A DNA stretch of 64,000 nt from a bacterium (GTDB lineage Bacteria; SAR324; XYD2-FULL-50-16). The notes under the pieces are model-generated. The model was not told the origin of the DNA and made no database searches. It was given only the letters and a program-made list of their open reading frames with translations. The stretch covers positions 224,001-288,000 of the forward strand of contig JAVVEA010000001.1 of the NCBI GenBank assembly GCA_032250835.1. The letters run 5' to 3'. Both the position numbers and the translations under genes were made by a program. This document shows, piece by piece, positions 8,620 through 22,420 of this stretch; position 1 is the stretch's first letter; each line of letters starts with the position of its first letter.

Positions 8620-9294
8620 CTAACGGGCTCCGAAGATGGCACTGCCGATGCGCAGCATGGTAGCTCCTTCTTCGAGTGCCGCCTGCCAATCATGGCTCAT
8701 GCCCATAGAAAGCTGATCCATCTGGGAGGACAACCCTAATTTGCTGGCAGTGGATTGGCGCAATTCGCGCAGCTGGGCAAAGAGCCGCCGGTTACCGGCC
8801 TCGTCAAACCCTGGATGACCGATGGTCATCAGCCCTTTGAGTTCCAAATGAGGGAGCTTTAAGATAGCTTCACAAAAGGGCAGCAGCTCGTCGGCCCGCC
8901 CAAGCCCAAACTTGCTGGCTTCTCCCGAAAGATTTACCTGCACCAAGACCTTGAGGTTCTGCCCTTTCTCAGCACATTTCTGGGAGAGCTTTTCGGCCAC
9001 TTCCAGGCGGTCTAAACTATGGACCCAGCTAAATAGATCGGGGCAGTATTTGGCTTTGTTCGATTGCAGGGGGCCGATCAGGTGCAACTCGGCGTCCTCA
9101 GGAAGCAAAGGGGCCTTGTCGCGGGCTTCTTGCACCTTATTTTCGCCAAAGATGCGCTGGCCTGCCTGATAGGCCTGCAACAGCGCTTCAATCGGATGGG
9201 TCTTGGAGACGGCCACCAGCGTAACCGGGCGGCCTTGGGCGGCTTGTTCGATCTGTTGGAGCGTTTCTAACAGGCGCTCTGGGATCGAAGACAT
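8620..9294 (-). CDS. yggS: PLP homeostasis protein (YggS/PLPBP family)
   Basis: LVAVSKT, FGENKVQE, HLIGPLQSNK, LSMGMSHD, RIGSAIFG. Start trimmed to MSSIPERL at 9294 because the track extension overlaps fabF. Confidence 0.95.
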   Translation of the reverse strand: MSSIPERLLETLQQIEQAAQGRPVTLVAVSKTHPIEALLQAYQAGQRIFGENKVQEARDKAPLLPEDAELHLIGPLQSNKAKYCPDLFSWVHSLDRLEVAEKLSQKCAEKGQNLKVLVQVNLSGEASKFGLGRADELLPFCEAILKLPHLELKGLMTIGHPGFDEAGNRRLFAQLRELRQSTASKLGLSSQMDQLSMGMSHDWQAALEEGATMLRIGSAIFGAR

Positions 9295-9295
9295 G

Positions 9296-10528
9296 TTAAA
9301 GCTTCTTGAAAACCAGCGTCGCGTTGGTTCCACCAAAACCAAAGCTGTTAGACATAGCCACGTTGATTTGGCGGGCCTTCCCCTGGTTCGGGGTGATGTC
9401 CAGATCACACTCGGGATCAAGGTTGGTGACGTTGATGGTCGGCGGGACAAAGCCCTCTTGCATGGCCATCAAGGTGATCACCGCTTCTAACCCACCGGCG
9501 GCACCCAAGAGGTGACCGGTCATGGATTTGGAACTGGAAATACTGACCTTTTTGGCAGCTTCTTCACCGAAGCAAGCCTTGATCGCCGTCAATTCGTTGA
9601 TGTCCCCAGCCGGGGTGCTGGTGCCGTGGGCGTTGATGTAGTCTACCTGCTCGGCGGTGATGCCCGCATCTTTTAAGGCCATGCGCATCGCCCGCTCAGG
9701 CCCTTGGGCCGAGGGGGTGGTGATGTGGTAGGCGTCCGAAGAAAATCCATAGCCGGTCAACTCGGCATAAATCTTGGCGCCCCGTGCTTTGGCGAACTCT
9801 AATTCTTCTAAAATTAAGATCCCGCAACCTTCGCCGAGTACAAAACCGTCCCGTTCTTGGTCATAAGGGCGGCTCGCGCCTTCTGGGTCGTCGTTGCGGC
9901 GTGAAAGGGCTTTCATGGCTCCGAAACCGCCAATCGCCAGTTCGCAAACCACCGCTTCAGAACCGCCCACGATCATTACCTTGGCATCGCCGCGTTCGAT
10001 CATCCGGGCGGCATCACCGATGCTGTGGTTAGAGGAGCTACAAGCACTGGTGGTGGTGGCGCTGTATCCCTTGGCACCGAATTCGATGCTCACATAGCCC
10101 GAGGCCATGTTGGAGATACTCATGGGGATAAAAAAGGGCGTAACCTTGCTAGGTCCGCGTTCCTTGATCACATTCGAATACAATTGGATGTTCGGCAGGC
10201 CGCCGATACCCACGCCGATGGAAACACCGGTTTCTTCGGCAATGTCCTCGCCGATCGTCAGGTTCGCGTCCTCCAAAGCCTCTTTGGCCGCAGCCAAGGC
10301 ATAGTGGATGAACACGTCCATCTTTTTGACTTCCTTCTTTTCAATAAACTGAAGCGGATCAAAGCCCTTAACCTCGCCGGCGATTTGGGTGGTGTACCCT
10401 TCGGCGTCAAACTTAGTGATCTTGGTGATCCCGCTACGGCCATTTTTGATGTTGTCCCAGGTCTCGGCTACGGTATTGCCGCAAGGACTAATGGCACCCA
10501 GGCCAGTGATGGCGATGCGCTTTCTCAT
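9296..10528 (-). CDS. fabF: Beta-ketoacyl-ACP synthase II
   Basis: SACSSS (active Cys), NAHGTST, KSMTGHLLGAAG, SNSFGFGGTN. Confidence 0.97.
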   Translation of the reverse strand: MRKRIAITGLGAISPCGNTVAETWDNIKNGRSGITKITKFDAEGYTTQIAGEVKGFDPLQFIEKKEVKKMDVFIHYALAAAKEALEDANLTIGEDIAEETGVSIGVGIGGLPNIQLYSNVIKERGPSKVTPFFIPMSISNMASGYVSIEFGAKGYSATTTSACSSSNHSIGDAARMIERGDAKVMIVGGSEAVVCELAIGGFGAMKALSRRNDDPEGASRPYDQERDGFVLGEGCGILILEELEFAKARGAKIYAELTGYGFSSDAYHITTPSAQGPERAMRMALKDAGITAEQVDYINAHGTSTPAGDINELTAIKACFGEEAAKKVSISSSKSMTGHLLGAAGGLEAVITLMAMQEGFVPPTINVTNLDPECDLDITPNQGKARQINVAMSNSFGFGGTNATLVFKKL

Positions 10529-10553
10529 GCTCTGGTACTAAAAAGAAGGTTCG

Positions 10554-10570
10554 GCCCCCAGATTGGGGGC
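10554..10570 (-). terminator. GC hairpin between acpP and fabF
   Basis: GCCCCCA-GAT-TGGGGGC with a U-run a few nt downstream on the minus strand. Confidence 0.45.
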
Positions 10571-10583
10571 ACTAAAGGCTGGC

Positions 10584-10820
10584 TTAACCGAGAGCGGCAG
10601 TGATGTGATCAATCGCCGCTTGAACGGTGGTGATCTCTTCTGCTTTGTCGTCGGGGATTTCTAAGCCAAATTCTTCTTCAAAAGCCATCACCAACTCAAC
10701 GGTGTCCAATGAGTCGGCACCCAGGTCGTCGATGAAGCTGGATTCGTTTTTGACGTCATCTTCTTTAACGCCCAGTTGTTCTACGATGATCTTTTTTACT
10801 CTATCTGCAACGTCGCTCAT
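10584..10820 (-). CDS. acpP: Acyl carrier protein
   Basis: [20 protein letters not shown] phosphopantetheine site. Confidence 0.98.
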   Translation of the reverse strand: MSDVADRVKKIIVEQLGVKEDDVKNESSFIDDLGADSLDTVELVMAFEEEFGLEIPDDKAEEITTVQAAIDHITAALG

Positions 10821-10923
10821 TGACTACTCCGATGGTTCATTGTTTTGGCCAGGACTAGGCATCCTAATGCCTGGCCTGGGCAGTTTCCAATTATCTATTA
10901 AACTTGTCAAACCCTTTTGGGGC

Positions 10924-11667
10924 TCAATACATGCCGCCGTTAATGTGCAGCACCGTCCCGTTGACATAATCGGCCAAGGGGCTGGCTAAAAATAAAACGC
11001 CCCCGGCGATGTCTTCAACCTTACCCAACCGCTTCAAAGGGATTTGGGCCATCAGGGATTCTCTTTGGGCCTCGGGCAGTTCGTCGGTCATGTCGGTGAC
11101 GATAAAGCCGGGCGCAATGGCGTTACAGGTGATATTACGCCCGCCCAATTCCTTAGCTAAGGACTTGGTGAAGCCAATCAAACCTGCTTTGGTGGCCGAA
11201 TAGTTGACCTGTCCGGGATTACCCGTAGAGCCGACTACCGAGCCAATGTTAACGATCCGGCCATATTTGGCCTTCATCATCGGGCGGATCACCGCCTTGG
11301 TGACGTTAAAAAGGCCGGTGAGGTTGGTATCCACCACCTCGGACCAGTCTTCAGGCTTCATTTTCATGAACAATTGGTCTTTGGTGATCCCAGCGTTGTT
11401 GACCAGTAGGTCCAGCTGGCCGCCAAGAGCGTCCATCGCTTGGTCAACCAAAGCCGCACTGGCGTCGAAATCGGACACATCCGCGCCGAAGCCTATGGCC
11501 TCGACCCCAAGGGCCGCCAATTCCGCCTGGGCTTTTTGGGCCGACGCTTCGTTTCGGCCGCTAAAAGCGACCTTCATGCCTGCCTGGGCCAAGGCCACCA
11601 CGATAGCGCGACCAATGCCGCGGGTGCCGCCGGTTACCAGAGCCGTTTTACCGGATAGATCAATCAT
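10924..11667 (-). CDS. fabG: 3-oxoacyl-ACP reductase
   Basis: TGGTRGIG, NNAGITKD, NYSATKAG and fab cluster context. Confidence 0.96.
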   Translation of the reverse strand: MIDLSGKTALVTGGTRGIGRAIVVALAQAGMKVAFSGRNEASAQKAQAELAALGVEAIGFGADVSDFDASAALVDQAMDALGGQLDLLVNNAGITKDQLFMKMKPEDWSEVVDTNLTGLFNVTKAVIRPMMKAKYGRIVNIGSVVGSTGNPGQVNYSATKAGLIGFTKSLAKELGGRNITCNAIAPGFIVTDMTDELPEAQRESLMAQIPLKRLGKVEDIAGGVLFLASPLADYVNGTVLHINGGMY

Positions 11668-11681
11668 TAAAAGCCTTGTCT

Positions 11682-12605
11682 TTAAAGATACTCAGAAATC
11701 AGGTCATAGAGGTTATCTGCCTCTTCGATGCTGCTGCAAGAATAGACCGGTTTGGTCTTATCAATGCGCTTCATCAGACCACTCAAAACCTTTCCTTCGC
11801 CGAATTCAATGAAGGCATCGGCCCCTTCGTCGATCATTGCGCCCACCCCGGTGTCCCAACGGACCGGAGCGGTAACTTGCAGGACCAAAGAGTCCAAGAA
11901 GTCGCTGCCGCGCCGCAGGTGGCGGTTCTCGGCATTGGTCACAATCGGCCAAGCGGCATCTTCGAAATTCAAGCCCTTGAGCCGTTCGTTCAGTAGCGCG
12001 GCCGCCGGGGCCATCAACTGAGAATGGAAGGGAGCGCTCACTTCCAGCAACTTGCCTTTGGCGCGCGCAAGCACCCGCTGTACGGCCTCTAAATGGCCGG
12101 AGATGACAATCTGGCCATGGCAGTTGTAGTTAGCCGGGGCCACAAACTGCCCTTTGGCTTCAGCGGCGCAAAGCTCTTCTAAATCCGCTGCGTTCATGCC
12201 CAGAATCGCCGCCATACCGCCCTGACCGACCGGCACGGCCTCTTGCATGTATTTGCCGCGATAATACACCGCTTCGACGGCGTCACCAAAGTCCAAGACC
12301 CCAGCGGCGACCAAAGCGGAATATTCGCCTAAGGAGTGTCCGGCGGCCGCCAAAGGAGTGATTTCCATGCGCTCGACCATAACCCGAAAGGCAATCACCG
12401 AAACCGTCAGGATCGCTGGCTGGGCGTGCTGGGTAAGCGTTAGTTGGTCGGCGGGACCTTCCATGCAGAGTTTTTGGAGGTCAAAACCCAAACGGTCGTT
12501 GGCTTCTTCAAAGGCTTCGGCGGCCACTTGGCTGGCTAAAAATCCGTCACCCATGCCGGGGCGTTGGGACCCTTGGCCGGGAAAAAGGAAAGCGATTTTG
12601 CTCAT
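11682..12605 (-). CDS. fabD: Malonyl-CoA:ACP transacylase
   Basis: FPGQGSQ, GHSLGEY, VSAPFHS. Confidence 0.96.
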   Translation of the reverse strand: MSKIAFLFPGQGSQRPGMGDGFLASQVAAEAFEEANDRLGFDLQKLCMEGPADQLTLTQHAQPAILTVSVIAFRVMVERMEITPLAAAGHSLGEYSALVAAGVLDFGDAVEAVYYRGKYMQEAVPVGQGGMAAILGMNAADLEELCAAEAKGQFVAPANYNCHGQIVISGHLEAVQRVLARAKGKLLEVSAPFHSQLMAPAAALLNERLKGLNFEDAAWPIVTNAENRHLRRGSDFLDSLVLQVTAPVRWDTGVGAMIDEGADAFIEFGEGKVLSGLMKRIDKTKPVYSCSSIEEADNLYDLISEYL

Positions 12606-12610
12606 ACCGA

Positions 12611-13630
12611 TCAGGAGGCTTGGGGGTTGAGGACTTGTTGCGCCGCTTGCAGGCTATCGGTCATTTGCTGCACCAAGTGGGCTTTATCGGCCCAATGGGC
12701 AAACTGGATGCCGAAGTGGATCGCCGTTGCGTCGGAACTCCCGTGACAGACCACCCCCACGCCGTTGAGCCCCAAGAGGGGCGCACCACCGAAGTTCTGG
12801 TATGACGAACGGGCCTTGAGCGCGTTGAAGGCGGGCTTCATCATCGCCGCGCCCAGCATGCTGCGCTTAGATTTTTTGATTTCTTCTTTGAGTACACCCA
12901 TCATGAACTTGGCTGCGCCCTGGACGGATTTCAGCAACACGTTGCCTGAGAAGCCATCGCAGACCACCACATCCGCATTGCCGTCGAAGAATTCTTTGCC
13001 TTCGAGGTTGCCGATGAAATTGATGGGAAGTAACTTGATCAGCTCAAAGGCCTTTTTAGAGCGTTCGTCGCCCTTGCCTTCTTCAGAACCGATGTTCAGG
13101 AGCGCTACTCGGGGGCTAGGGATCTGGTGGATCACCCGCATATAGATTTCGCCGAGGGCGGCAAACTGGACTAGGTGGGCCGGATCGCAGTCCATGTTAG
13201 CCCCTGCGTCCACCAAAAGGAGTTTTCCCTTGAGGCTAGGCATCAACGCAGAGATACAAGGACGGTCCACCCCAGGAAGGGTTTTGAGCACAAACTTACC
13301 AATCGCCAACATGGCCCCGGAGCTACCGGCCGAAACCACCCCAGCCACCTCGCCCGCCTTATGGAGGTCGTAGCAGACGCGCATGCTGGCGTCTTTTTTG
13401 GTGCGCATGGCTTTAACGATCGGCTCGTGCATTTCGATCACCTCGCTGGCATGGTGGATCACCAGCTTGGCGGCGTCGTATCGTTTGCCCTGCAATTCTT
13501 TCTTAAGTGCCTTTTCGTCGCCTACCAGCACCACAGAAGTGCCTTCGGAGACGGCCAGCAAGGCCGCCTCAACGGGGACGCGGGGGTAGTAGTCACCCCC
13601 CATGGCATCCAGAGCTATGGGCATGGTCAA
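12611..13630 (-). CDS. plsX: Phosphate acyltransferase PlsX
   Basis: IALDAMGGD, DAGAN, NIGSEEGKG, VVCDGFSGN, GGAPLLG. Start is TTG 13630 or ATG 13624. Confidence 0.96.
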   Translation of the reverse strand: MTMPIALDAMGGDYYPRVPVEAALLAVSEGTSVVLVGDEKALKKELQGKRYDAAKLVIHHASEVIEMHEPIVKAMRTKKDASMRVCYDLHKAGEVAGVVSAGSSGAMLAIGKFVLKTLPGVDRPCISALMPSLKGKLLLVDAGANMDCDPAHLVQFAALGEIYMRVIHQIPSPRVALLNIGSEEGKGDERSKKAFELIKLLPINFIGNLEGKEFFDGNADVVVCDGFSGNVLLKSVQGAAKFMMGVLKEEIKKSKRSMLGAAMMKPAFNALKARSSYQNFGGAPLLGLNGVGVVCHGSSDATAIHFGIQFAHWADKAHLVQQMTDSLQAAQQVLNPQAS

Positions 13631-13635
13631 AAGAC

Positions 13636-13815
13636 CTATTCAGCCACTTCGACGATTTGCTTGCCGCCGTACTGACCGCACTTGGGGCAGACGCGGTGCG
13701 AAGGAGTCAGTTCGCCGCAGTTCGAGCAGGCAGACAGGTTGACGGGAGCCAACTTTTTATGGGTCCGGCGTGACTTGGTCACGGCACGAGAGGTTTTGCG
13801 CTTAGGTACGGCCAT
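13636..13815 (-). CDS. rpmF: 50S ribosomal protein L32 (zinc-ribbon type; absent from the ORF track)
   Basis: Manual translation: MAVPKRKTSRAVTKSRRTHKKLAPVNLSACSNCGELTPSHRVCPKCGQYGGKQIVEVAE (59 aa). SD AAGGAG. Sits between yceD and plsX. Confidence 0.97.
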   Translation of the reverse strand: MAVPKRKTSRAVTKSRRTHKKLAPVNLSACSNCGELTPSHRVCPKCGQYGGKQIVEVAE

Positions 13816-13827
13816 GGATTTCGCTCC

Positions 13828-14346
13828 TTATGTATCCTTAGAGGGTTTCCAGTCCTTCAAAATGGCGAAGGGACTATTTTCGTTGATCTCGCTGCAGCCA
13901 CAAGGGCCTTGATTGAGATCCGCTCCACAGCGTCCGCACATGCCAAGGCAATCTTCCTTGCACAATACACGAAACGGCAGGTCGAGCATCAATTGGTCTT
14001 CGAAGTAGGGGTCTAGGTTGATCGCATTGCCCGAATAATAATCCATATCCGGCGAATCCACACTAAGCTCCACATCTTCGGGCAGGTCTTCCACCAGGCT
14101 CGCAGGCACCAGGATTAAATCCAGGTTACCTTCTTGCTTGATCCGGGCCGGGGCGGTACATACGTCACAGGGCAAGGTCAACTCGGCTTGGTAGTGCCCA
14201 GTGAGCTTGATCTGTTCTCGGTGCGCTTCGAGCCGAACCCGGCAGGCCAGGGGGCCGTGCATTTGCGCGCCTTCGATCCGCTCGGTCTCGAAGGAAAAGT
14301 CCAATTCGAGCGGCCCCGCTTCTAATCGGTTGAGGTGGATTTCCAT
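13828..14346 (-). CDS. yceD: YceD/DUF177 family protein
   Basis: CDVC, LCKEDCLGMCGRCGADLN, PFAILK. Canonical position upstream of rpmF. Confidence 0.92.
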   Translation of the reverse strand: MEIHLNRLEAGPLELDFSFETERIEGAQMHGPLACRVRLEAHREQIKLTGHYQAELTLPCDVCTAPARIKQEGNLDLILVPASLVEDLPEDVELSVDSPDMDYYSGNAINLDPYFEDQLMLDLPFRVLCKEDCLGMCGRCGADLNQGPCGCSEINENSPFAILKDWKPSKDT

Positions 14347-14366
14347 CGTTCGAATAAATATTGCTT

Positions 14367-14394
14367 ATTATCGGCCCGCGCCGGGTTCTGTCAA
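14367..14394 (-). promoter_or_regulatory. Sigma70-type promoter for yceD-rpmF-fab
   Basis: Minus strand TTGACA-N16-GATAAT just upstream of yceD. Confidence 0.55.
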
Positions 14395-14402
14395 CGGTTT
14401 TC

Positions 14403-15206
14403 TTAGCCAGAGGCCCGAGTTTCCAGGTAATTTTTACGGACCACAGCAAAGTGAGGGGTCACGTAGAGATGCAGTTCGCTGTATTGGTCCGCCTGAGTCA
14501 AGTTTAATCCGCCATATTTGGCTAATTCCAAGATCGCCATAAAGGACAAAACTACCTCGGGCTTGCCTGCACCGGCTTCTAGTAAGGATGTGAAGCGGTG
14601 GTGCTGTTCGGGTTGGAGCCGGGTAAAAAGTTCGGTGATGCGCTGCTCTAAGCTTTTTAATTCCGGGTCCACATGATGGGCCTTTTGGTAACCCTTTTTG
14701 GTCAAAGTCCCCTTAAAGGCTTCTAGCAAACGGTATACACTAAGATCGACAAATTCTTCGGTAACCTCGGATTCTTCTAACTCTAACTCAAAGGGGCGGA
14801 CAAACTGGTCGCGACCTAATAGAGGCAAGCTATCTAAAGCACGAGCCAACCGGCGGTAGGTCTGGTAAGCTTCCAAGCGCCGCTTCAATTCTTCTTCAGG
14901 GTCCGGCCCTTCTTCTTCAATCGGCTCTTCCAGCGCCGGCAACAGAGATTTGGATTTAATCCAAACCAAGGTCGAGGCAATCTCTAAAAAGTCGACGGCC
15001 ACCTCTAAATCAAACCGCTCCATCATCTCAAGATACTCAAGATAGGGCGTGCAGATTTCCGCTAAGTTGATCTGATGGATTTCCACCCGATGCTTGCGGA
15101 TCAGCTCCAACAGAAGCGCCAGCGGCCCTTCAAAGGCCGTTTGCTGGACCTTGAGTAGGTCTAAGAAATTAAGCTGTAAGGGATGTTCGGTCTTTTTTTG
15201 GGCCAT
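14403..15206 (-). CDS. scpA: Segregation and condensation protein A
   Basis: FEGPLALLLELI, FLEIASTLVWIKSKSLLP, SFMAILELAK. ATG 15206 has SD GGAGAGG (track starts at 15269). Confidence 0.93.
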   Translation of the reverse strand: MAQKKTEHPLQLNFLDLLKVQQTAFEGPLALLLELIRKHRVEIHQINLAEICTPYLEYLEMMERFDLEVAVDFLEIASTLVWIKSKSLLPALEEPIEEEGPDPEEELKRRLEAYQTYRRLARALDSLPLLGRDQFVRPFELELEESEVTEEFVDLSVYRLLEAFKGTLTKKGYQKAHHVDPELKSLEQRITELFTRLQPEQHHRFTSLLEAGAGKPEVVLSFMAILELAKYGGLNLTQADQYSELHLYVTPHFAVVRKNYLETRASG

Positions 15207-15375
15207 CCTCTCCTCCGGTGCCAAACCATAGACAGGTGCCGGACATCCTGTAAAGCGGCCTGCTGCCAAGGTGGATTTCGCGTTTACAAACTACCCAAAA
15301 TGAGGTTACTGTTCCTAGTTCTACCAGATACGAGAGTGCCTACATTTAGCTCAAGATCTTGCTTTCCATAGACAT

Positions 15376-19893
<4,518 letters not shown>

Positions 19894-19900
19894 CTAAGGC

Positions 19901-21328
19901 ATGGGAAAACCGACTGGATTTCTTGAATATGTCCGAGAAAATCAGAAGAAGCAGCCTGTAGAAGAACGGGTCCAGCACTTTTCTGAATTTGAGGCCCCTT
20001 TAACGGCGCGCCGCCTAACCACTCAAGCGGCCCGTTGTATGGACTGCGGGGTTCCCTTCTGTAATTCCGGCTGTCCGGTGCAGAACCTCATTCCCGAATT
20101 CAACGAATATGTCTATCAGGGCCAATGGCACGCTGCCTACGGCACCCTGCAATCGACCAACAACTTCCCCGAGTTCACCGGGCGTGTCTGCCCGGCTCCT
20201 TGTGAATCTGCTTGTTGCGCCGGGTTGGTGGACGAGCCGGTGGCGATCAAACAGGTAGAGTTGGCGATCATCGAAAAGGCCTTTGCCGAAGGTTGGGTCA
20301 AGCCCAACAAACGGGTGCCTTCTACGGGCGTTCGCATCGCGGTGGTGGGTTCGGGCCCGGCTGGATTAGCGGCGGCTGACCAGTTGAACTTAGCCGGATA
20401 TGAGGTCACCGTATTCGAGAAAAACGAAGTGGTCGGTGGCTTGTTGGCCCTAGGGATTCCCGATTTTAAGTTAGAGAAACGCATCATCAAGCGCCGCGTA
20501 GACATCCTTAAAGAGCAGGGCGTCGACTTCCGCACCAACACCCACGTGGGGGTTAACTTTGATGTCGCCCGCCTACAAGAAGACTTTGACTATATCTGTC
20601 TGACCGGCGGTTCCGAACGCCCCCGCGATCTACCGGGGCGTGACCACAACCTAAAGGGCATCCACTTCGCCATGGATTTCCTGACCCAGCAAAACCGCCG
20701 GGTCGGCGGGCGCGAGGTGCCGGGCGAAGACATCTTGGCTACCGGCAAACATGTGGTGGTGATCGGCGGCGGGGACACTGGCTCGGACTGTGTGGGAACT
20801 TCAATCCGTCAGGACGCTGCCTCGGTAACCCAAATCGAGATTTTGCCGGAGCCTCCGAAGGAACGCCGCGAAAACAACCCCTGGCCCGAGTATCCCCAGG
20901 TCTACCGCACCTCTTCTAGCCAAGAAGAAGGCTGCGTGCGCCGCTTTTCGGTACTGACTAGGGAATTAAAAGGCCAAGGCAAGATCGAAGCCTTAGGTTG
21001 CGTCGAAGTTGAATGGACCCTAGACGAAGCAGGGCAATGGAAGATGGCCGAAAAAGCCGGGTCTGAATTTGAGTTGCAAGCGGACCTAGTCTTACTGGCC
21101 ATGGGTTTTGTTCACCCTGAGCCCGAAGGCATGCTCAAGCAATTGGGCGTCGAATTGGACGGACGGGGCAACGTGAAGACCAAAGACTTCCGTACCAGCA
21201 TTAAAAATGTCTATGCCGCTGGTGACATGGCCACCGGCCAGTCCTTAGTGGTACGCGCCATCAACTCAGGCCGCCGGATGGCCCAGGCGCTAGATAGAGA
21301 CATCAAAGGCTTCAGCCACTTAAGTTAA
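19901..21328 (+). CDS. gltD: Glutamate synthase small subunit
   Basis: MGKPTGFLEY, RCMDCGVPFC, GRVCPAPCE, GSGPAG, GGGDTGSDC. Confidence 0.97.
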   Translation: MGKPTGFLEYVRENQKKQPVEERVQHFSEFEAPLTARRLTTQAARCMDCGVPFCNSGCPVQNLIPEFNEYVYQGQWHAAYGTLQSTNNFPEFTGRVCPAPCESACCAGLVDEPVAIKQVELAIIEKAFAEGWVKPNKRVPSTGVRIAVVGSGPAGLAAADQLNLAGYEVTVFEKNEVVGGLLALGIPDFKLEKRIIKRRVDILKEQGVDFRTNTHVGVNFDVARLQEDFDYICLTGGSERPRDLPGRDHNLKGIHFAMDFLTQQNRRVGGREVPGEDILATGKHVVVIGGGDTGSDCVGTSIRQDAASVTQIEILPEPPKERRENNPWPEYPQVYRTSSSQEEGCVRRFSVLTRELKGQGKIEALGCVEVEWTLDEAGQWKMAEKAGSEFELQADLVLLAMGFVHPEPEGMLKQLGVELDGRGNVKTKDFRTSIKNVYAAGDMATGQSLVVRAINSGRRMAQALDRDIKGFSHLS

Positions 21329-21336
21329 AGGAACCG

Positions 21337-22320
21337 ATGGAGCAACCGATTCGACCGCGCCGCAACCGGCACACCCCGGCGATCCGTGACTTGGTTCGCG
21401 AAAATAGCTTTTCGGTCACCGATTTGGTGATGCCGTTGTTTGTTTTAGAAGGCGAAGGGCTCAAGCTCGAAGTCGCCAGCATGCCCGGCATCTTCCGCTA
21501 TAGTTTGGACCTATTGATCCCTGAAGTTAAAGAACTGTGGGCCTTAGGTATCCGCTCAGTAGTGCTCTTTCCCGCACTTCCCGAAAGCCGTAAAGATCCC
21601 CGTTCCACCGAATCAGCCAACCCCGAGGGCCTCTACCACCGGGCTTTAAAGGCGATCAAAGAGGCAGTACCCCAAATCTGCCTGATCACCGATGTGGCAA
21701 TGGACCCCTATAGCTCCGACGGTCATGACGGCTTGGTTAGTGACGATGGCCGGATTTTAAATGACGAAACTTTAGAAATTCTTTGCCAGCAAGCCGTTTC
21801 CCAGGCCCGTATGGGCGTGGATCTGGTCGCTCCTAGTGATATGATGGATGGCCGGGTTGCCGCCATCCGCGAAGCTTTGGACGATGCGGGATTCACCGAA
21901 GTGGGCATCATGGCTTACACCGCCAAATATGCCTCGGCCTTTTACGGCCCCTTCCGGGATGCGCTGGACTCTGCGCCCAAGAAAGGCGACAAGAAGACCT
22001 ACCAGATGGACCCGGCCAACGTGACCGAAGCGGTCCGCGAGGCCCAATTGGACCTAGCTGAAGGAGCCGACATGATCATGGTCAAGCCGGGGCTGCCCTA
22101 TTTGGACGTGGTCCGTGCCCTAGCTGAAGTGAGCGATGTGCCGGTGGCGGTTTACAATGTCTCCGGCGAATACGCCATGTTGCGCGCTGCCAGCCAAAAT
22201 GGATGGATCGATTATAAGGCCTGTGTGATGGAAAGCATGATCGCCTTCAAACGGGCCGGGGCCAAAATCATTCTGACCTACCACGCCAAGGAACTAGCCC
22301 AATGGTTGGCCGAAAAGTAG
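21337..22320 (+). CDS. hemB: Porphobilinogen synthase (delta-aminolevulinate dehydratase)
   Basis: RPRRNR, APSDMMDGR, KYASAFYGPFRDA, MVKPG, YNVSGEY. Confidence 0.97.
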   Translation: MEQPIRPRRNRHTPAIRDLVRENSFSVTDLVMPLFVLEGEGLKLEVASMPGIFRYSLDLLIPEVKELWALGIRSVVLFPALPESRKDPRSTESANPEGLYHRALKAIKEAVPQICLITDVAMDPYSSDGHDGLVSDDGRILNDETLEILCQQAVSQARMGVDLVAPSDMMDGRVAAIREALDDAGFTEVGIMAYTAKYASAFYGPFRDALDSAPKKGDKKTYQMDPANVTEAVREAQLDLAEGADMIMVKPGLPYLDVVRALAEVSDVPVAVYNVSGEYAMLRAASQNGWIDYKACVMESMIAFKRAGAKIILTYHAKELAQWLAEK

Positions 22321-22368
22321 GCCGCCATACAGCGCTATAAGGGGTTTTTATTACCCAAGACAACCTAC

Positions 22369-22392
22369 AAGAGCCCGGCAACGGGCTTTTTT
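22369..22392 (+). terminator. Intrinsic terminator after hemB
   Basis: AGCCCG-GCAA-CGGGCT followed by a T-run. Confidence 0.8.
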
Positions 22393-22420
22393 GGTTTTAG
22401 GGGCCTTTTCTACGCTTAAT

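Noticed and set aside
9295-9450. Long N-terminal extensions in the ORF track (yggS here; also asnS, scpA, larC, M18 peptidase, flgA)
   Set aside because: They overlap upstream genes or lack family similarity. Downstream ATGs match the family N-termini.
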